Positions 9,455 to 20,728 of a stretch of DNA of 64,000 nt are shown one piece after another. The DNA is from Candidatus Heimdallarchaeota archaeon. GTDB taxonomy: Archaea > Asgardarchaeota > Heimdallarchaeia > Heimdallarchaeales > Heimdallarchaeaceae. The stretch lies in contig JAHLWR010000001.1 in NCBI GenBank assembly GCA_019057815.1, positions 128,001-192,000 on the forward strand, given 5' to 3'. Below the pieces are notes generated by a model, which did not search any database, had not been told where the DNA came from, and saw only the letters and a program-made list of their open reading frames with translations. Both the position numbers and the translations under genes were made by a program. The stretch's first letter is position 1, and every line of letters starts with the position of its first letter.

Positions 9455-10995
9455 AAATGTACAGACAAGCAATCTATGATGAACCACTGATTTATGATTT
9501 GGGCAAAAAAGGAAGAAGAGCCCATTTACCTCTAAAAACAGATGTTTCACCCATAGATATTAACATTCCAGAGAGCATGAAAAGAAAAGAAGCACCAGAA
9601 CTCCCCGAACTACACGAAGGAGAAGTTATGAGACATTACCTTCATCTCGCTCAAATGAATTACTGTGTTGACTCGGGTATCTACCCTCTTGGTTCTTGCA
9701 CAATGAAATATAATCCAAAAATCAACGAAGCACTAGCTAGAGCGGAAGGGTTAGCTTATACTCATCCATATCAACCTGTAGAGACAATTCAAGGGACACT
9801 AGAAATGATGTATGAGTTACAAAAGGCTCTCACTGAATTAGCAGGATTACCATATTGTTCACTTCAACCTCCGGCTGGAGCAGCTGGTGAATATACTGGA
9901 TTGGGCTTGATTAGAGCTTATCATCAAGACAAAGGAGATTTTGACAGAGATGAAATTGTAACTCCAGATTCAAGTCACGGAACGAATCCAGCAAGTACTG
10001 TGATGAACGGCTACAAGATTATAGAAATCAAATCAAATGAAAATGGTCAAGTTGATCTTGATGCTCTTCGTGCAGCAGTTTCGGAAAAGACAGCTGGATT
10101 TATGATTACAAATCCAAACACACTTGGGATTTTTGAATCTGATATTTGTGAAATTGCTGAAATAGTTCACGAATCTGGTGGTTTACTCTATTATGACGGT
10201 GCTAACTTCAACGCAATTATTGGAATAATCAGACCAGGTGAAATGGGATTTGATGTTTTGCATTATAACTTACACAAAACATTCTCAACTCCACATGGTG
10301 GTGGTGGTCCCGGAGCAGGTCCAGTTTGTTGTTCCGAGAGGTTAAAAGAGTTCTTACCTGTACCAACAGTCGAGTATGAAGAAGAAAAAGACTTCTATTA
10401 TTTAAACTACGATTTACCAAAAACTATTGGTAAAGTTCATGGTTACTATGGCAATACTGGTATCGCACTTCGAGGTTATGCATATATTTGTGCTCTTGGT
10501 GCTAAAGGGTTAATCCATACTTCTGAACAAGCAGTATTAGTTGCTAATTATGTCATGAGAAAAGTCGAAGCTATCGATGGTTTAAGACTTAGATTCAACA
10601 GAAATCTTCCAAGAAAACACGAGTGTGTTATTGACGCATCACCACTAAAACACCAAATTGGTGTTGGGGCTATGGACATAGCTAAAATGTTGATCAGCAG
10701 AGGAAAACATGCTCCAACCGTGCTATTTCCACTTATTGTACATGAGGCTTTAATGATTGAACCGACAGAAAATGAAAATAAAGAAAGTATAGATCAGTTT
10801 GTTCAAGTCCTTAAAGAAGAAATCGATAAAGCACGAGACAACCCCGATTATGCACATGATGCGCCTTACTGGACATCTGTTGGTAGAGTAGATGATTCTT
10901 GGGCTGTTAAGAATTTAATCCTAAGCTATAAGATGATCAAAAATCTTAAAACTAAAGGAGAATGGCCACCAAAATGGCCAGAAGACCATCACTAA
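9451..10995 (+). CDS. gcvPB: Glycine dehydrogenase (decarboxylating) subunit 2
   Basis: YPLGSCTMKYNP, HGTNPAS, YDGAN, PLP Lys in NLHKTFSTPHGGGGPG; ATGA overlap with gcvPA. Confidence 0.96.
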   Translation: MKMYRQAIYDEPLIYDLGKKGRRAHLPLKTDVSPIDINIPESMKRKEAPELPELHEGEVMRHYLHLAQMNYCVDSGIYPLGSCTMKYNPKINEALARAEGLAYTHPYQPVETIQGTLEMMYELQKALTELAGLPYCSLQPPAGAAGEYTGLGLIRAYHQDKGDFDRDEIVTPDSSHGTNPASTVMNGYKIIEIKSNENGQVDLDALRAAVSEKTAGFMITNPNTLGIFESDICEIAEIVHESGGLLYYDGANFNAIIGIIRPGEMGFDVLHYNLHKTFSTPHGGGGPGAGPVCCSERLKEFLPVPTVEYEEEKDFYYLNYDLPKTIGKVHGYYGNTGIALRGYAYICALGAKGLIHTSEQAVLVANYVMRKVEAIDGLRLRFNRNLPRKHECVIDASPLKHQIGVGAMDIAKMLISRGKHAPTVLFPLIVHEALMIEPTENENKESIDQFVQVLKEEIDKARDNPDYAHDAPYWTSVGRVDDSWAVKNLILSYKMIKNLKTKGEWPPKWPEDHH

Positions 10996-10997
10996 AC

Positions 10998-11025
10998 TCT
11001 TTTTTCTTTTCTTTTATTTTTTATT
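10998..11025 (+). terminator. T-rich archaeal terminator after gcvPB
   Basis: Oligo-T tracts directly after the stop codon. Confidence 0.55.
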
Positions 11026-11075
11026 AACTTGTTTGATAAAAAGAGGGGATATTGTACATGCCACGGTTCTATTAA

Positions 11076-11555
11076 TTACTTCTTCTTGCCTTTTTGAAAA
11101 TCAACGGGTGGATTAATGAAGAATGCAGCTAATAAAATGAGTGACATCCCGATTATTTCTTTTAATGTAATATCATCGACAACTAGATTAGGCATAGCTT
11201 CGCGTATCGGTTCTATAACTTGAAAGAGAAAGAACACAACAAAGAATTGAAGCACATAATAGAGGGCAATACTAATTAAAGATCCTCTTAATATGTAACG
11301 AAAGACTTTTCTATCTTTTTCACTACGAACTTTACCCAGAAGATATTCTGAAATAAGCAAAGCTACTGCACTAAGAACTATAGCCGCAAATATCGGAAAA
11401 GCGATTAATAGAGGTAGAAAACCTTCTTTATTTAATTCTACAACCTCACTTAAGAAGTATATATGTGGTATTTGAGCGAAAACTGAAATCGAAAAAAGCG
11501 CAATAACGCTAGGTACTGCTGCTTCTTTACTCCATATTCTTATTTTTGTACTCAT
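11076..11555 (-). CDS. Hypothetical 4-TM membrane protein
   Basis: Hydrophobic helices, basic C-terminus. Confidence 0.75.
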   Translation of the reverse strand: MSTKIRIWSKEAAVPSVIALFSISVFAQIPHIYFLSEVVELNKEGFLPLLIAFPIFAAIVLSAVALLISEYLLGKVRSEKDRKVFRYILRGSLISIALYYVLQFFVVFFLFQVIEPIREAMPNLVVDDITLKEIIGMSLILLAAFFINPPVDFQKGKKK

Positions 11556-11731
11556 ACTTATCGGCCTTTGGTGTTAACTCGCTTCTTGGAACATACAAAA
11601 ACGTTTTTTTATAACTTTTTTGATGATGTGTTTTTCTTTTAACATAAGCTGTTACAATTTTTGCATAAGAATGAATAAAATAAGAATGAATAAAAAATCA
11701 TTTAAAGTAACTAAATTACTCCAATTATTTC

Positions 11732-13303
11732 TTAGTCATCATTTTCATCCATAGAATAGCCTTTTTCAATTCTAAATTCGCAGAAATTGTGCCCAGTCCC
11801 ATGACATTTTGTTTCTGTTACAATTGGAGGGTCTTTTAATATTAATGCCAATCGTCCTGCAATGTAACCAGCTTGGAAATCACATAGTGTTTCATTTAGA
11901 TTTGTTTCTGTGAGATTTGCACCAGAAGCATAAGCGCATTCATGAATTCTTATAAACATCTCGTCCTCATCTTCACCATCTACTATTTCCACAAATGAGT
12001 ACCCTCTTGTCAAATAATTAGTAGGATGAGTAAGATATTTGTAAAGAATTTCAGTAGCTTTTTTCAAAGAACCAACAGGCAAATTTTCATTTACAACCAA
12101 ATCATAGACAATATTCTTGGCTGGACCAATGACACCAAGTTCTCTACCAGCAGAATACAATAAAGCACCGCAGAATTTATCTCTAAATTTCAGACTCATT
12201 ATTTGCTGTTGAAGTAAACTAATATGCACGAATTCTTTCCCACCAGGTCGCAAAACATTTTTCATTAGTAGAGAATTGTAACCATGTTGAGTAGTTTCAT
12301 GTATAAACTCATAGAATAATTGCCTTCGAGCTTCTTCTTTTGTAAGATCTCCTAGAAATATTATCTTCTTCTCATCTTCTTTCAACTCATGTATTTTATA
12401 TGGTGCCTTACCAGGCTCTTTTCCTGGAAACACTTCAATATCAAATTCACAGTATGTATCACCTAATCCTTTACATTTTGTTTCAACAACAGTAGTTGCT
12501 GAACCTATCATTGCTTCGATAGTTCCAGCAATTTCACCGGCTGTAAAATGACATAAAGTTTCTCCAATATCAATAGCACCTGCACTATTAACTAGATCTA
12601 TGATACGTAGAGTGGCATTATATCCATCAATGTTTGCAATATCACAATGAGTTGCTTGGTAAAGAGGAACAATATCGTTATCAGTATACAGTTTAGCTAA
12701 AGCAATTAGTGCTTCTTGAAAGCGTTCCTCAGGAGTAACAGCACCAACTTTGGGATTTAAAACTGTGAGATAATAGGGTGAAGCTCCATAAATTCCTAAC
12801 TCTCGACCGCTCTGATAAAGAAGTTGGGGTATCAGTGGGTCTAGAGCCAATAAGGACATCATCACTTGCTGATAAACACTAATATGAGTATAATCCCCAA
12901 TGTTTTTACGAACTAATTCCTGAGAAATTATACTACTAATTGTATTTGTAGTAAGGATTACCATGCTTTCTTTACGTAATGTATCACGCTCTCGATTAAT
13001 AATATTGGGCAATATTTGCGACCAAAGTTTTTCACGAATTACATCTTCAGTTATCATACCTTGGGCAATTATTTCCTCATTCATCATTACAACTGGAACA
13101 GACAAAATATTGTACTTATTGGCTATTTCAAGATCTTCGTCAACGTAAATTTTACTTACATGAATCATATCTTGCATGGATGTTCCTGCAACTTGTTCGA
13201 TAACACGCTCGACCTCTGGACACCAAGTACAAGAATGAGAAGTGAAGAATAACAAACGTATTTTCTCGGTTAGGTCTTGTGTTGGTTCATCAAATGAATC
13301 CAT
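11732..13303 (-). CDS. Thioredoxin-domain protein with two V4R (4-vinyl reductase) domains
   Basis: N-terminal CTWC Trx fold with SVP cis-Pro; two LC-x-F-x-AG-x-IAG...ETKC-x-G-x-G-x-x-x-CEF V4R motifs. Confidence 0.85.
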   Translation of the reverse strand: MDSFDEPTQDLTEKIRLLFFTSHSCTWCPEVERVIEQVAGTSMQDMIHVSKIYVDEDLEIANKYNILSVPVVMMNEEIIAQGMITEDVIREKLWSQILPNIINRERDTLRKESMVILTTNTISSIISQELVRKNIGDYTHISVYQQVMMSLLALDPLIPQLLYQSGRELGIYGASPYYLTVLNPKVGAVTPEERFQEALIALAKLYTDNDIVPLYQATHCDIANIDGYNATLRIIDLVNSAGAIDIGETLCHFTAGEIAGTIEAMIGSATTVVETKCKGLGDTYCEFDIEVFPGKEPGKAPYKIHELKEDEKKIIFLGDLTKEEARRQLFYEFIHETTQHGYNSLLMKNVLRPGGKEFVHISLLQQQIMSLKFRDKFCGALLYSAGRELGVIGPAKNIVYDLVVNENLPVGSLKKATEILYKYLTHPTNYLTRGYSFVEIVDGEDEDEMFIRIHECAYASGANLTETNLNETLCDFQAGYIAGRLALILKDPPIVTETKCHGTGHNFCEFRIEKGYSMDENDD

Positions 13304-13436
13304 TTCTATCCCTACAATGATTTAACGATTCATATTCTTCCTAAAAACCTTTTCATAACTTGATTTGAAATGTATTTTCTTAATTGAAATTAAGTTAAGT
13401 AAATAGTTATTAAACGGAGAAATACTCCATTTTCTC

Positions 13437-13733
13437 TTATTCTACTTTTTCACCACATTTACGGCAAAATTCATCTTGTTTTTCAACTTTCTTCCCGCAT
13501 TTTGGACAGTGATGAATAATCTTATCTTGTTTTTTACGTCTTCGTTCTATCACTATTTGTGCTATTGCGAATAGAGTAAGCACACAACCTACTGAAGCTA
13601 GAATAATGTACAACACTTGTGGATCTCGAACATCAATAATTCCGTAAAGACCATAGACTAATGCAGCTAAACCAAGTACTAGTTCTGTTATTATCCAAGT
13701 AATTTTATCAAATTTTGATCTTTTCTTAGTCAT
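13437..13733 (-). CDS. 2-TM protein with C-terminal zinc ribbon
   Basis: CPKCG-x8-FCRKCG. Confidence 0.8.
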   Translation of the reverse strand: MTKKRSKFDKITWIITELVLGLAALVYGLYGIIDVRDPQVLYIILASVGCVLTLFAIAQIVIERRRKKQDKIIHHCPKCGKKVEKQDEFCRKCGEKVE

Positions 13734-13916
13734 GCTCGAATGATAAATAAGATTGAGGAATAAAAACTTTTCTTGATGCTTGAAGCTATTTTACCGGTTC
13801 AAAATAGCTTTATGAAGAACTTAGAAGCAATTCAGTCGAAAATAAGAAAAATCGTAAGTTTTATATATCGAGCTTTGGCAGAATGAACTATAAATCAATT
13901 ATTTAAGGGATTAAAA

Positions 13917-15590
13917 ATGATAGGTCAAGGGCAAATACCAGTTCTGATTTTAAAAGAAGGTACACAACGTAGTAAAGGAAAAGATGCGCAAAAGAACAAT
14001 ATTATGGCAGCAAGTATTGTAGCGGAAACAATAAAATCAACTCTAGGACCGAAAGGAATGGATAAGATGTTGGTAGATGGTTTGGGAGATATATTGATAA
14101 GCAATGACGGTGCTACAATTCTCGATGAGATTGATGTTCAACATCCAGCCGCCAAAATGATTGTTCAAGTAGCTAAAGCTCAAGATCAAGAAACGGGCGA
14201 TGGTACCACTTCCAGCGTTATTATTGCTGGTGAACTTCTCAAACTTGGTGGTGATCTTATTGATAAGAAGATTCATCCTTCTCTAATTGTTGAAGGTTAC
14301 AAAGCTGCAGCTAAAAAAGCTCAAGAAATTATTGTTGAATTATCTCAAAAGCTTGAACCATTTAGCGAAGAAAACAATCTTTTATTTAAAATCGCTGTTA
14401 CCGCACTCCATAGTAAAGCAGTTCATTCAGCTAAGGAACATATAGCATCTATCGCAGTTAAGTCTGTAGAGAATGTTTCAGACATTGAAGATGGAAACTA
14501 TACAGTCGATCTTGATAACATTAAAATCCTTCAAAAACAAGGTAAAAGTCTTGCTGATTCTGAGCTTATTGAAGGAGTTATTGTTGATAAGGAAGTTGCT
14601 CATTCAGGAATGCCAAAGAGAGTTAAAGATGCTAAAATTTTGCTTCTAAACCAAAATATTGAGGTTAGCAAAGGTGAATTTGATAAAGAAATTCGTATTT
14701 CTGACCCACTCGCAATGCAATCATTCCTTGATAATGAAGAAAATATGCTAAGAGAAATGGTTGAAAAAGTCGTAGCATTGGGAGCAAACGTAGTTGTCTG
14801 CCAGAAAGGTATTGATGATATGGCACAATATTTCATGTCTAAAGAAAAAATACTCGCTGTTCGTCGAGTTAAGAAATCAGATATGGAAAAGATCGCCAGA
14901 GCTACAGGTGGTAAAATCATTACAAGTTTAAATGATGCAACAAAAGAAGAATTAGGATATGCTGGGATTGTTGAGGAGAAAAAGATTGGTGATGACGAAC
15001 ATGTCTTCATTAAAGAATGTAAGAATCCTAAAGCAGTCTCCATCATTCTATATGGTGCTAGCAAATATGTAACTGATGAAGCTGAAAGAGCACTACATGA
15101 TGCGTTATGCGTTGTTAGAAATGTTGTTGAGGATAAGACCTATTTACCTGGTGGTGGAGCAATTTTTACAGAACTTGCTTTGAGAATAGGTGACTATTCA
15201 GAGACATTCAAAGACAAAAAACAATTAGCAGTCAAAGCATTTGCTGATGCATTAGAAATCATTCCTTCTACCATAGCTGAAAATGGAGGTATTGATCCAC
15301 TTGATATTATTAACAAACTTAAAGCAGCTCACGCTGAAGGTAAAATCTCAGCTGCACTCAACATTTTCAAACAGGATGTAATCGTTGATGCTTTTGAAGA
15401 TGGAATTCTTGAACCTGCAAGAGTTCTTACTCAAGCTATTAAATCTGCTTCTGAGTCAGCAGTACTAATTCTTCGTATTGATGATGTCATAGTTTCAAAA
15501 TCTGAAAAACCAGCCATGCCCCCAGGTGGAATGCCAGGTGGAATGGGCGGTATGCCAGGTGGAATGGGCGGTATGCCCGGAATGATGTAA
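13917..15590 (+). CDS. ths: Thermosome subunit (group II chaperonin)
   Basis: [31 protein letters not shown]-terminal GGM repeats; alpha or beta not resolved. Confidence 0.97.
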   Translation: MIGQGQIPVLILKEGTQRSKGKDAQKNNIMAASIVAETIKSTLGPKGMDKMLVDGLGDILISNDGATILDEIDVQHPAAKMIVQVAKAQDQETGDGTTSSVIIAGELLKLGGDLIDKKIHPSLIVEGYKAAAKKAQEIIVELSQKLEPFSEENNLLFKIAVTALHSKAVHSAKEHIASIAVKSVENVSDIEDGNYTVDLDNIKILQKQGKSLADSELIEGVIVDKEVAHSGMPKRVKDAKILLLNQNIEVSKGEFDKEIRISDPLAMQSFLDNEENMLREMVEKVVALGANVVVCQKGIDDMAQYFMSKEKILAVRRVKKSDMEKIARATGGKIITSLNDATKEELGYAGIVEEKKIGDDEHVFIKECKNPKAVSIILYGASKYVTDEAERALHDALCVVRNVVEDKTYLPGGGAIFTELALRIGDYSETFKDKKQLAVKAFADALEIIPSTIAENGGIDPLDIINKLKAAHAEGKISAALNIFKQDVIVDAFEDGILEPARVLTQAIKSASESAVLILRIDDVIVSKSEKPAMPPGGMPGGMGGMPGGMGGMPGMM

Positions 15591-15625
15591 TTTTTTCTTT
15601 TTTCCCTTTTCTTTTCTTATTTTTA
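15591..15625 (+). terminator. T-rich terminator after thermosome gene
   Basis: Long pyrimidine tract directly after TAA. Confidence 0.55.
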
Positions 15626-15686
15626 CAACTTAATCTAAATCACTAGCTGGAGAAAGGTCATAAGTGTCTAAGCTGTATTATGTTAT

Positions 15687-16127
15687 ATGACTACTATTGA
15701 TTCACTGAAATCACAATATTCATCAAAAAGAAAAAAGCTTTTCTTTACATTCATACTAATTGTTATATCAATCGTTATTCTATTAATCCTTAAAGAAACC
15801 AGTATTGTTGAGTGGTGGCAAATAGGAATCATAATAATGTCTCTTATACTTATTTTTGGTAGTCAAGCAACAAATTATATTTCAACTGAACAAAACTATA
15901 GAAATGCCCTTTATACTTCCAACAAAATGCTGAAAAAAGATTCCGCTTTAGATTATACCGTTTCGTCTTATTTGATGTCAAAACAAGAAAATGAAGCTCA
16001 AACCAAGAATAAAACCGAAAAAAACGAAATAAAATCCGTTTCATTCTGCATTAGTTGTGGTAGAAAGTTCGCAAAGAAATATACATTTTGCCCCTCATGT
16101 GGTAGTTGCAAAATTACATCTTACTAA
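15687..16127 (+). CDS. 2-TM protein with C-terminal zinc ribbon
   Basis: CISCG-x8-FCPSCG. Confidence 0.75.
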   Translation: MTTIDSLKSQYSSKRKKLFFTFILIVISIVILLILKETSIVEWWQIGIIIMSLILIFGSQATNYISTEQNYRNALYTSNKMLKKDSALDYTVSSYLMSKQENEAQTKNKTEKNEIKSVSFCISCGRKFAKKYTFCPSCGSCKITSY

Positions 16128-16182
16128 AATGCAAGAATTATCAAACGAATGGTTTTAAAGAGATTTTTTTAAATATTATTTA

Positions 16183-17517
16183 ATGCATGGTTTAATAAAA
16201 AAAATTGTTTTTGATAACAATAAATTAAGAATTATTTCTTGTTGTCATAATAATCAAAATCTTCAAACGTGTGATTATGTATCTGATGGGATTAAATTAT
16301 ATGTAGCTGAAAATGAAAAATCTAGACTTGTTCAACAAATTCTTTTCAATCCAAAAACGCTTGTCTCTATAGGAGCTAATGATGATATTATTAACATTAG
16401 AGCGTATGCTAGTATAGTTAAAAAAGATAAAATCAAAAGTGTAATTATAGAAGATTTATCAAAAAAAGAGGATATTTCGCTTAAAGCCAGCTCTAGTATT
16501 AAAATTTTAGAAATATTACCTACAGAGATATCTTATCCCAAAAATAATTGCTCACAAGTTTTTCCAGAGAATCAACCTTCTTTCTTAAAAGAACTATCAA
16601 GTACTTTCAAATCTAGCATCAAACTATGGTTAAAAGCCACAGCAGCACAATTTCTTGTTGCCTCTACATTACCAGTTATTTTTGGTTCTATATTTGCATT
16701 ATATTTCTCAGGAAGCTTTAACTGGTTATTTTTTATCCTAACATTAGTAGGAATCACGTGTATCCATGCAGGTACTAATTTAATTAATGACGCCTTTGAT
16801 GTAGAAACTGATTCCATTAATCGATATGTTACACCATTCTCAGGAGGAAGAGGGACAATTCAAGGTGGTCTTTTTTCTAGATCTAAGGTTTTCATTAGTG
16901 GAATAGTTTTCTTAATAATTGGTAGTGTAATTGGATTATACTTAAATTCCAGATTAGATAACAATATAATTTTGTATATTGGAATAGCTGGTGTAATCGT
17001 CGCTTTCTTTTATGTTATTGGACCAATAAAATTTGCTTATCGAGGAGTAGGAGAAATATTCTTGTTTATTGGCTTTGGACCATTGCTAGTTATAGGGTCA
17101 TTTTATGTTCAAACCTCAGATTTTTCATGGATATCATTTTATGTTTCTATTCCTGTTGGATTACTTGTGGTTTCTATTTTACATATCAATCAATTTCCAG
17201 ATTATGAAGCAGATAAAGAAGTTGGCAAAAATAATTGGGTAGTTTTAATGGGTAGAAGTGTTTCTAGATACGTCTATTTACTAATTATATTGGGGGTTTA
17301 CATCTCACTTGTCGTTTTGATTGTTAAAAGTGTTTTACCGCTATTGAGTCTTTTGACACTAATTGTGACACCATTAATAATTAAAGCAGTTATTATTCTA
17401 TTTAAATATTACAACAAACCATTCAGATTGATACCAGCATTAGCTCTTACAATTTTCCACATGATTTCCTTTATAATACTGCTCACAATCTCAGTTATTT
17501 TAGCATTTTATATCTGA
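16183..17517 (+). CDS. menA: MenA-like UbiA prenyltransferase with N-terminal soluble (split-barrel-like) domain
   Basis: NLINDAFD, TPFSGG, AYRGVGE, HINQFPDYEADKEVGK; about 145-aa N-terminal extension. Confidence 0.8.
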   Translation: MHGLIKKIVFDNNKLRIISCCHNNQNLQTCDYVSDGIKLYVAENEKSRLVQQILFNPKTLVSIGANDDIINIRAYASIVKKDKIKSVIIEDLSKKEDISLKASSSIKILEILPTEISYPKNNCSQVFPENQPSFLKELSSTFKSSIKLWLKATAAQFLVASTLPVIFGSIFALYFSGSFNWLFFILTLVGITCIHAGTNLINDAFDVETDSINRYVTPFSGGRGTIQGGLFSRSKVFISGIVFLIIGSVIGLYLNSRLDNNIILYIGIAGVIVAFFYVIGPIKFAYRGVGEIFLFIGFGPLLVIGSFYVQTSDFSWISFYVSIPVGLLVVSILHINQFPDYEADKEVGKNNWVVLMGRSVSRYVYLLIILGVYISLVVLIVKSVLPLLSLLTLIVTPLIIKAVIILFKYYNKPFRLIPALALTIFHMISFIILLTISVILAFYI

Positions 17518-17547
17518 AAAAACGTATATTGGAAAAATTCCTTTAGT

Positions 17548-18831
17548 TTAGGTGGTATTTTTCACAATTTCTTTGTTTTTAACGACTAAGTTACCATTTT
17601 TAATAACATCACTTACGTGGTTTCGATCAAATTGGTAAACGAGAGAATCAATAGAAGGGACATCAAGAACGGTAATATCAGCATTCATCCCAAGATCTAG
17701 TGAACCAACTTCTTTTTCGATTTTCAGAGATTTAGCACCACCATAAGTAGCAGCTTTTAATGCTTCTTTTGGCAACATTTTCATCATAAAGCTACCTAGA
17801 GCTATTACTGTTTGCATATTTAGAACATAACAATTAGGATTGAAGTCAGTTGATAAAGCAACTGTAACTCCAGCATCTCTGAACATAGGGAAGTTTGCAT
17901 AATTATTAGACATTAATACAAAAGGAGTACCTGGCAATAAATTGGCAACAACATTTGCATCTGCCATTGCATTTGCTGAGATAGCTTCAGCTTTTAACAA
18001 GTGATCAGCTGAAACAGCTCCCATACTTGCTGCCATTATTGCAGCTCCAACATTTTCCATTTCATCAGCGTGAATACGTAAATCAAAACCATTTTCTTTA
18101 GCAGCTGTAAGAAAAGCTGTCGATTCCTCAATACTGAAAGCTCCATAATCTACCCATATGTCAACAAAATTAGCCATATCCAATCTTTTAATCTCTGGTA
18201 GGAGTTGTATCATAAGTTCTACATAATCCCAGTTATTTCCGGTGAAATCTTCCGGTTTTATATGACATCCCAAAAATGTGGGAATAATATCTATGGGATG
18301 TTTATTGTTTAATTCATTAGTTACTTTTAGTAATCTCATTTCTGATTCAGGAGTCAAACCATATCCAGTTTTAGCTTCGATTGTTGTTGTGCCATGCAAC
18401 AACATTTGATTTAACCTTTGTATTGCAAGTCTTGAAAGTTCTTCTTCTGAAGCATTACGTGTTTCTTTAACTGTATAGTTTATACCACCACCAGCTTTAG
18501 CTATTTCTAAATATGATTCGCCTTGAATTTTCATAGATAATTCATGTGATCGATTTCCTGCAAAAACAAGATGAGTATGAGAATCAACAAAACCAGAACA
18601 TACTATTTTTCTATCATTGCAATTAATTATATCATAATCACTCCTAGAATAGTCAGCAAAAATTCTTGTAGTTTCACCAATAGCTTCAATCTTTCCATCT
18701 TTTATTACAAGAGCGTCTGGCTTTTCATTAGCATAAACAGGTTCATATTTGTGAATTGGTCCTAGGAATAATTCTGCAATATCACAAATAATTATACCTT
18801 CTTTTTTGACATTCAGCATAAATCTCAACAT
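17548..18831 (-). CDS. hutI: Imidazolonepropionase
   Basis: DSHTHLVFAGNR, GTTTIEAKTGYGL, HADE, SADHL, STDFNP. Confidence 0.95.
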   Translation of the reverse strand: MLRFMLNVKKEGIIICDIAELFLGPIHKYEPVYANEKPDALVIKDGKIEAIGETTRIFADYSRSDYDIINCNDRKIVCSGFVDSHTHLVFAGNRSHELSMKIQGESYLEIAKAGGGINYTVKETRNASEEELSRLAIQRLNQMLLHGTTTIEAKTGYGLTPESEMRLLKVTNELNNKHPIDIIPTFLGCHIKPEDFTGNNWDYVELMIQLLPEIKRLDMANFVDIWVDYGAFSIEESTAFLTAAKENGFDLRIHADEMENVGAAIMAASMGAVSADHLLKAEAISANAMADANVVANLLPGTPFVLMSNNYANFPMFRDAGVTVALSTDFNPNCYVLNMQTVIALGSFMMKMLPKEALKAATYGGAKSLKIEKEVGSLDLGMNADITVLDVPSIDSLVYQFDRNHVSDVIKNGNLVVKNKEIVKNTT

Positions 18832-19035
18832 TTAGGCTAAAACATTGTTTTTAAAGTTTACTTCAATCATTGAAAATAAAAACTAGTTCCATTTTTCATT
18901 AATCGACATAATAGCTGGTACTAATATCGTTTGAATGATTAAAGTTAGTTATAGTTTATATTCTTGTCTAAAAAGAGGTAGAAGAAATGAGTAAATTCAA
19001 CACATTCCTATTCGATTTTATTACCTATACCAAAT

Positions 19036-20559
19036 TTAGCCTAAGCTTCCAATTTCTTTTTCAACTTCTTCAAGGATTTCACAAGATTTGACTAAAGCTT
19101 TCATATTTGTATGATCATCATATAATGGTCTGTCTATATCTAAGAATTCAACGTGTCTTCGAATAACTTCTTTAGCTTTAGTGACACCTTTACCAAATTG
19201 GAACTCTCTAAAGTCTAATGCCTGAGCTGCTGCCATTAGTTCAATGCCCAATACTCCATATGCATTATCCATTATTTGGAAGTTCTTAATAGCAGTATTC
19301 ATCCCCATGGATACAAAATCTTCTTGATCTGCTGCTGCTGCAATAGATTGAATACTCGCTGGCATTGATAAAATTCTCATCTCTACTATTTGCATATCTG
19401 CAGTATATTGGCTTAACATTAAACCTGACATTAAACCGGCTCCTTTTGATAAGAATGGAGGTAATCCTACACTTAAAGCTGGGTGGTTTAATCTATTCAT
19501 TCTACGTTCGGACATTACACAAACCATTGTAATAGCTGTACCAGCCATATCCATTGGCAAGCAAACAGGTGATCCTTGGAAATTAGCTCCTGTTAAAGTA
19601 ATTTTTTCATCCGGAAAGAAGACTGGATTATCCCCTACTCCATTTAATTCAATTTCAACTTGAGTTTGACACCATTCTAAGGCGTCATGTGCAGCTCCTA
19701 GTACTTGAGGTGCAGAACGCATAGAATAAGCATCTTGAACTTTAACCTTTAGTCTTGCTTCGAATAAATCTCCACCTTTGAAAAGTTTGGATAACGATTT
19801 TGCGCATCGTACTGCTCCTGGGAAACCACGAATTTCATGTAACATTGGAGTGTAAGGTTTCATATTTCCCATTAATGCTTCTATCGACATGGCACATGCG
19901 ATTTCAGCTTGTTTCATGAATCGCATAGCATCATACAAAAAGATAGCACTCATAGCAGTAAGAAGGTTAGAACCATTAATCGCGGCTAATCCATCTCTTG
20001 CCTTTAGACCAGGGACTTTGATGCCTGCTTTATCCATAGCTTCTTTACCATCAAGCAATTCCCCTTTATAATAGGCTTTTCCTTCACCCATTAATAATAA
20101 AGCAATTTGTGACATTGGGGCTAAATCACCAGATGCGCCAACAGATCCTTTCTGGCAGACGAAAGGAGTTAAGTCTTTATTTAACATTTCAACAAGTGTA
20201 TCAGCAATAATAGGTCTGTTTCCAGAATTACCATGAGCTAAAACATTAATTCGTCCCAACATTGCACCACGTACATATTCTAAAGGTGCGGGGTCTCCTA
20301 TACCAGCAGCATGGTTATAGATCAAATACTTTTGAAATAAACCAACTTCTTCATCAGAGAGAACAACTTCAGAGAATTCACCAATACCTGTATTGACACC
20401 GTACATGATCTCCTTTGCTTCAATCTTTTCTTCTAGCATTGCTCGACATTTTTTCATTCGCTCAATTGCATCTGGATGCAATTCTACTTTTTCGTTATAA
20501 CGTGCAACTTTGACAATATCTTCAATTGTTAGTCCTGAACCAGTAATTACATAGGTCAT
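19036..20559 (-). CDS. MIO-dependent aromatic amino-acid ammonia-lyase (HAL-like paralog)
   Basis: YGVNTG, GSVGASGDL (MIO), QDAYSMR, ANFQG, QEDFVSMG; specificity loop YLIYNHAAG. Confidence 0.88.
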   Translation of the reverse strand: MTYVITGSGLTIEDIVKVARYNEKVELHPDAIERMKKCRAMLEEKIEAKEIMYGVNTGIGEFSEVVLSDEEVGLFQKYLIYNHAAGIGDPAPLEYVRGAMLGRINVLAHGNSGNRPIIADTLVEMLNKDLTPFVCQKGSVGASGDLAPMSQIALLLMGEGKAYYKGELLDGKEAMDKAGIKVPGLKARDGLAAINGSNLLTAMSAIFLYDAMRFMKQAEIACAMSIEALMGNMKPYTPMLHEIRGFPGAVRCAKSLSKLFKGGDLFEARLKVKVQDAYSMRSAPQVLGAAHDALEWCQTQVEIELNGVGDNPVFFPDEKITLTGANFQGSPVCLPMDMAGTAITMVCVMSERRMNRLNHPALSVGLPPFLSKGAGLMSGLMLSQYTADMQIVEMRILSMPASIQSIAAAADQEDFVSMGMNTAIKNFQIMDNAYGVLGIELMAAAQALDFREFQFGKGVTKAKEVIRRHVEFLDIDRPLYDDHTNMKALVKSCEILEEVEKEIGSLG

Positions 20560-20728
20560 ATTCTAATTCCTCAATTTGGTTTTGAGAAATCTTTAAGCAC
20601 TCTGTTTAAAAATTTTTGTCCAAGTATCTGAATAAATCAAAGAAAATAGTTTTGCTATCATCAGAGTTTTCTTAATGGTAGGTAGCATAATGAATAAATA
20701 TTACAACCTCAAGAAATATTAGATAGCC

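Noticed and set aside
15517-15587. Short tandem DNA repeats at the thermosome 3' end
   Set aside because: Ordinary GGM tail of chaperonins
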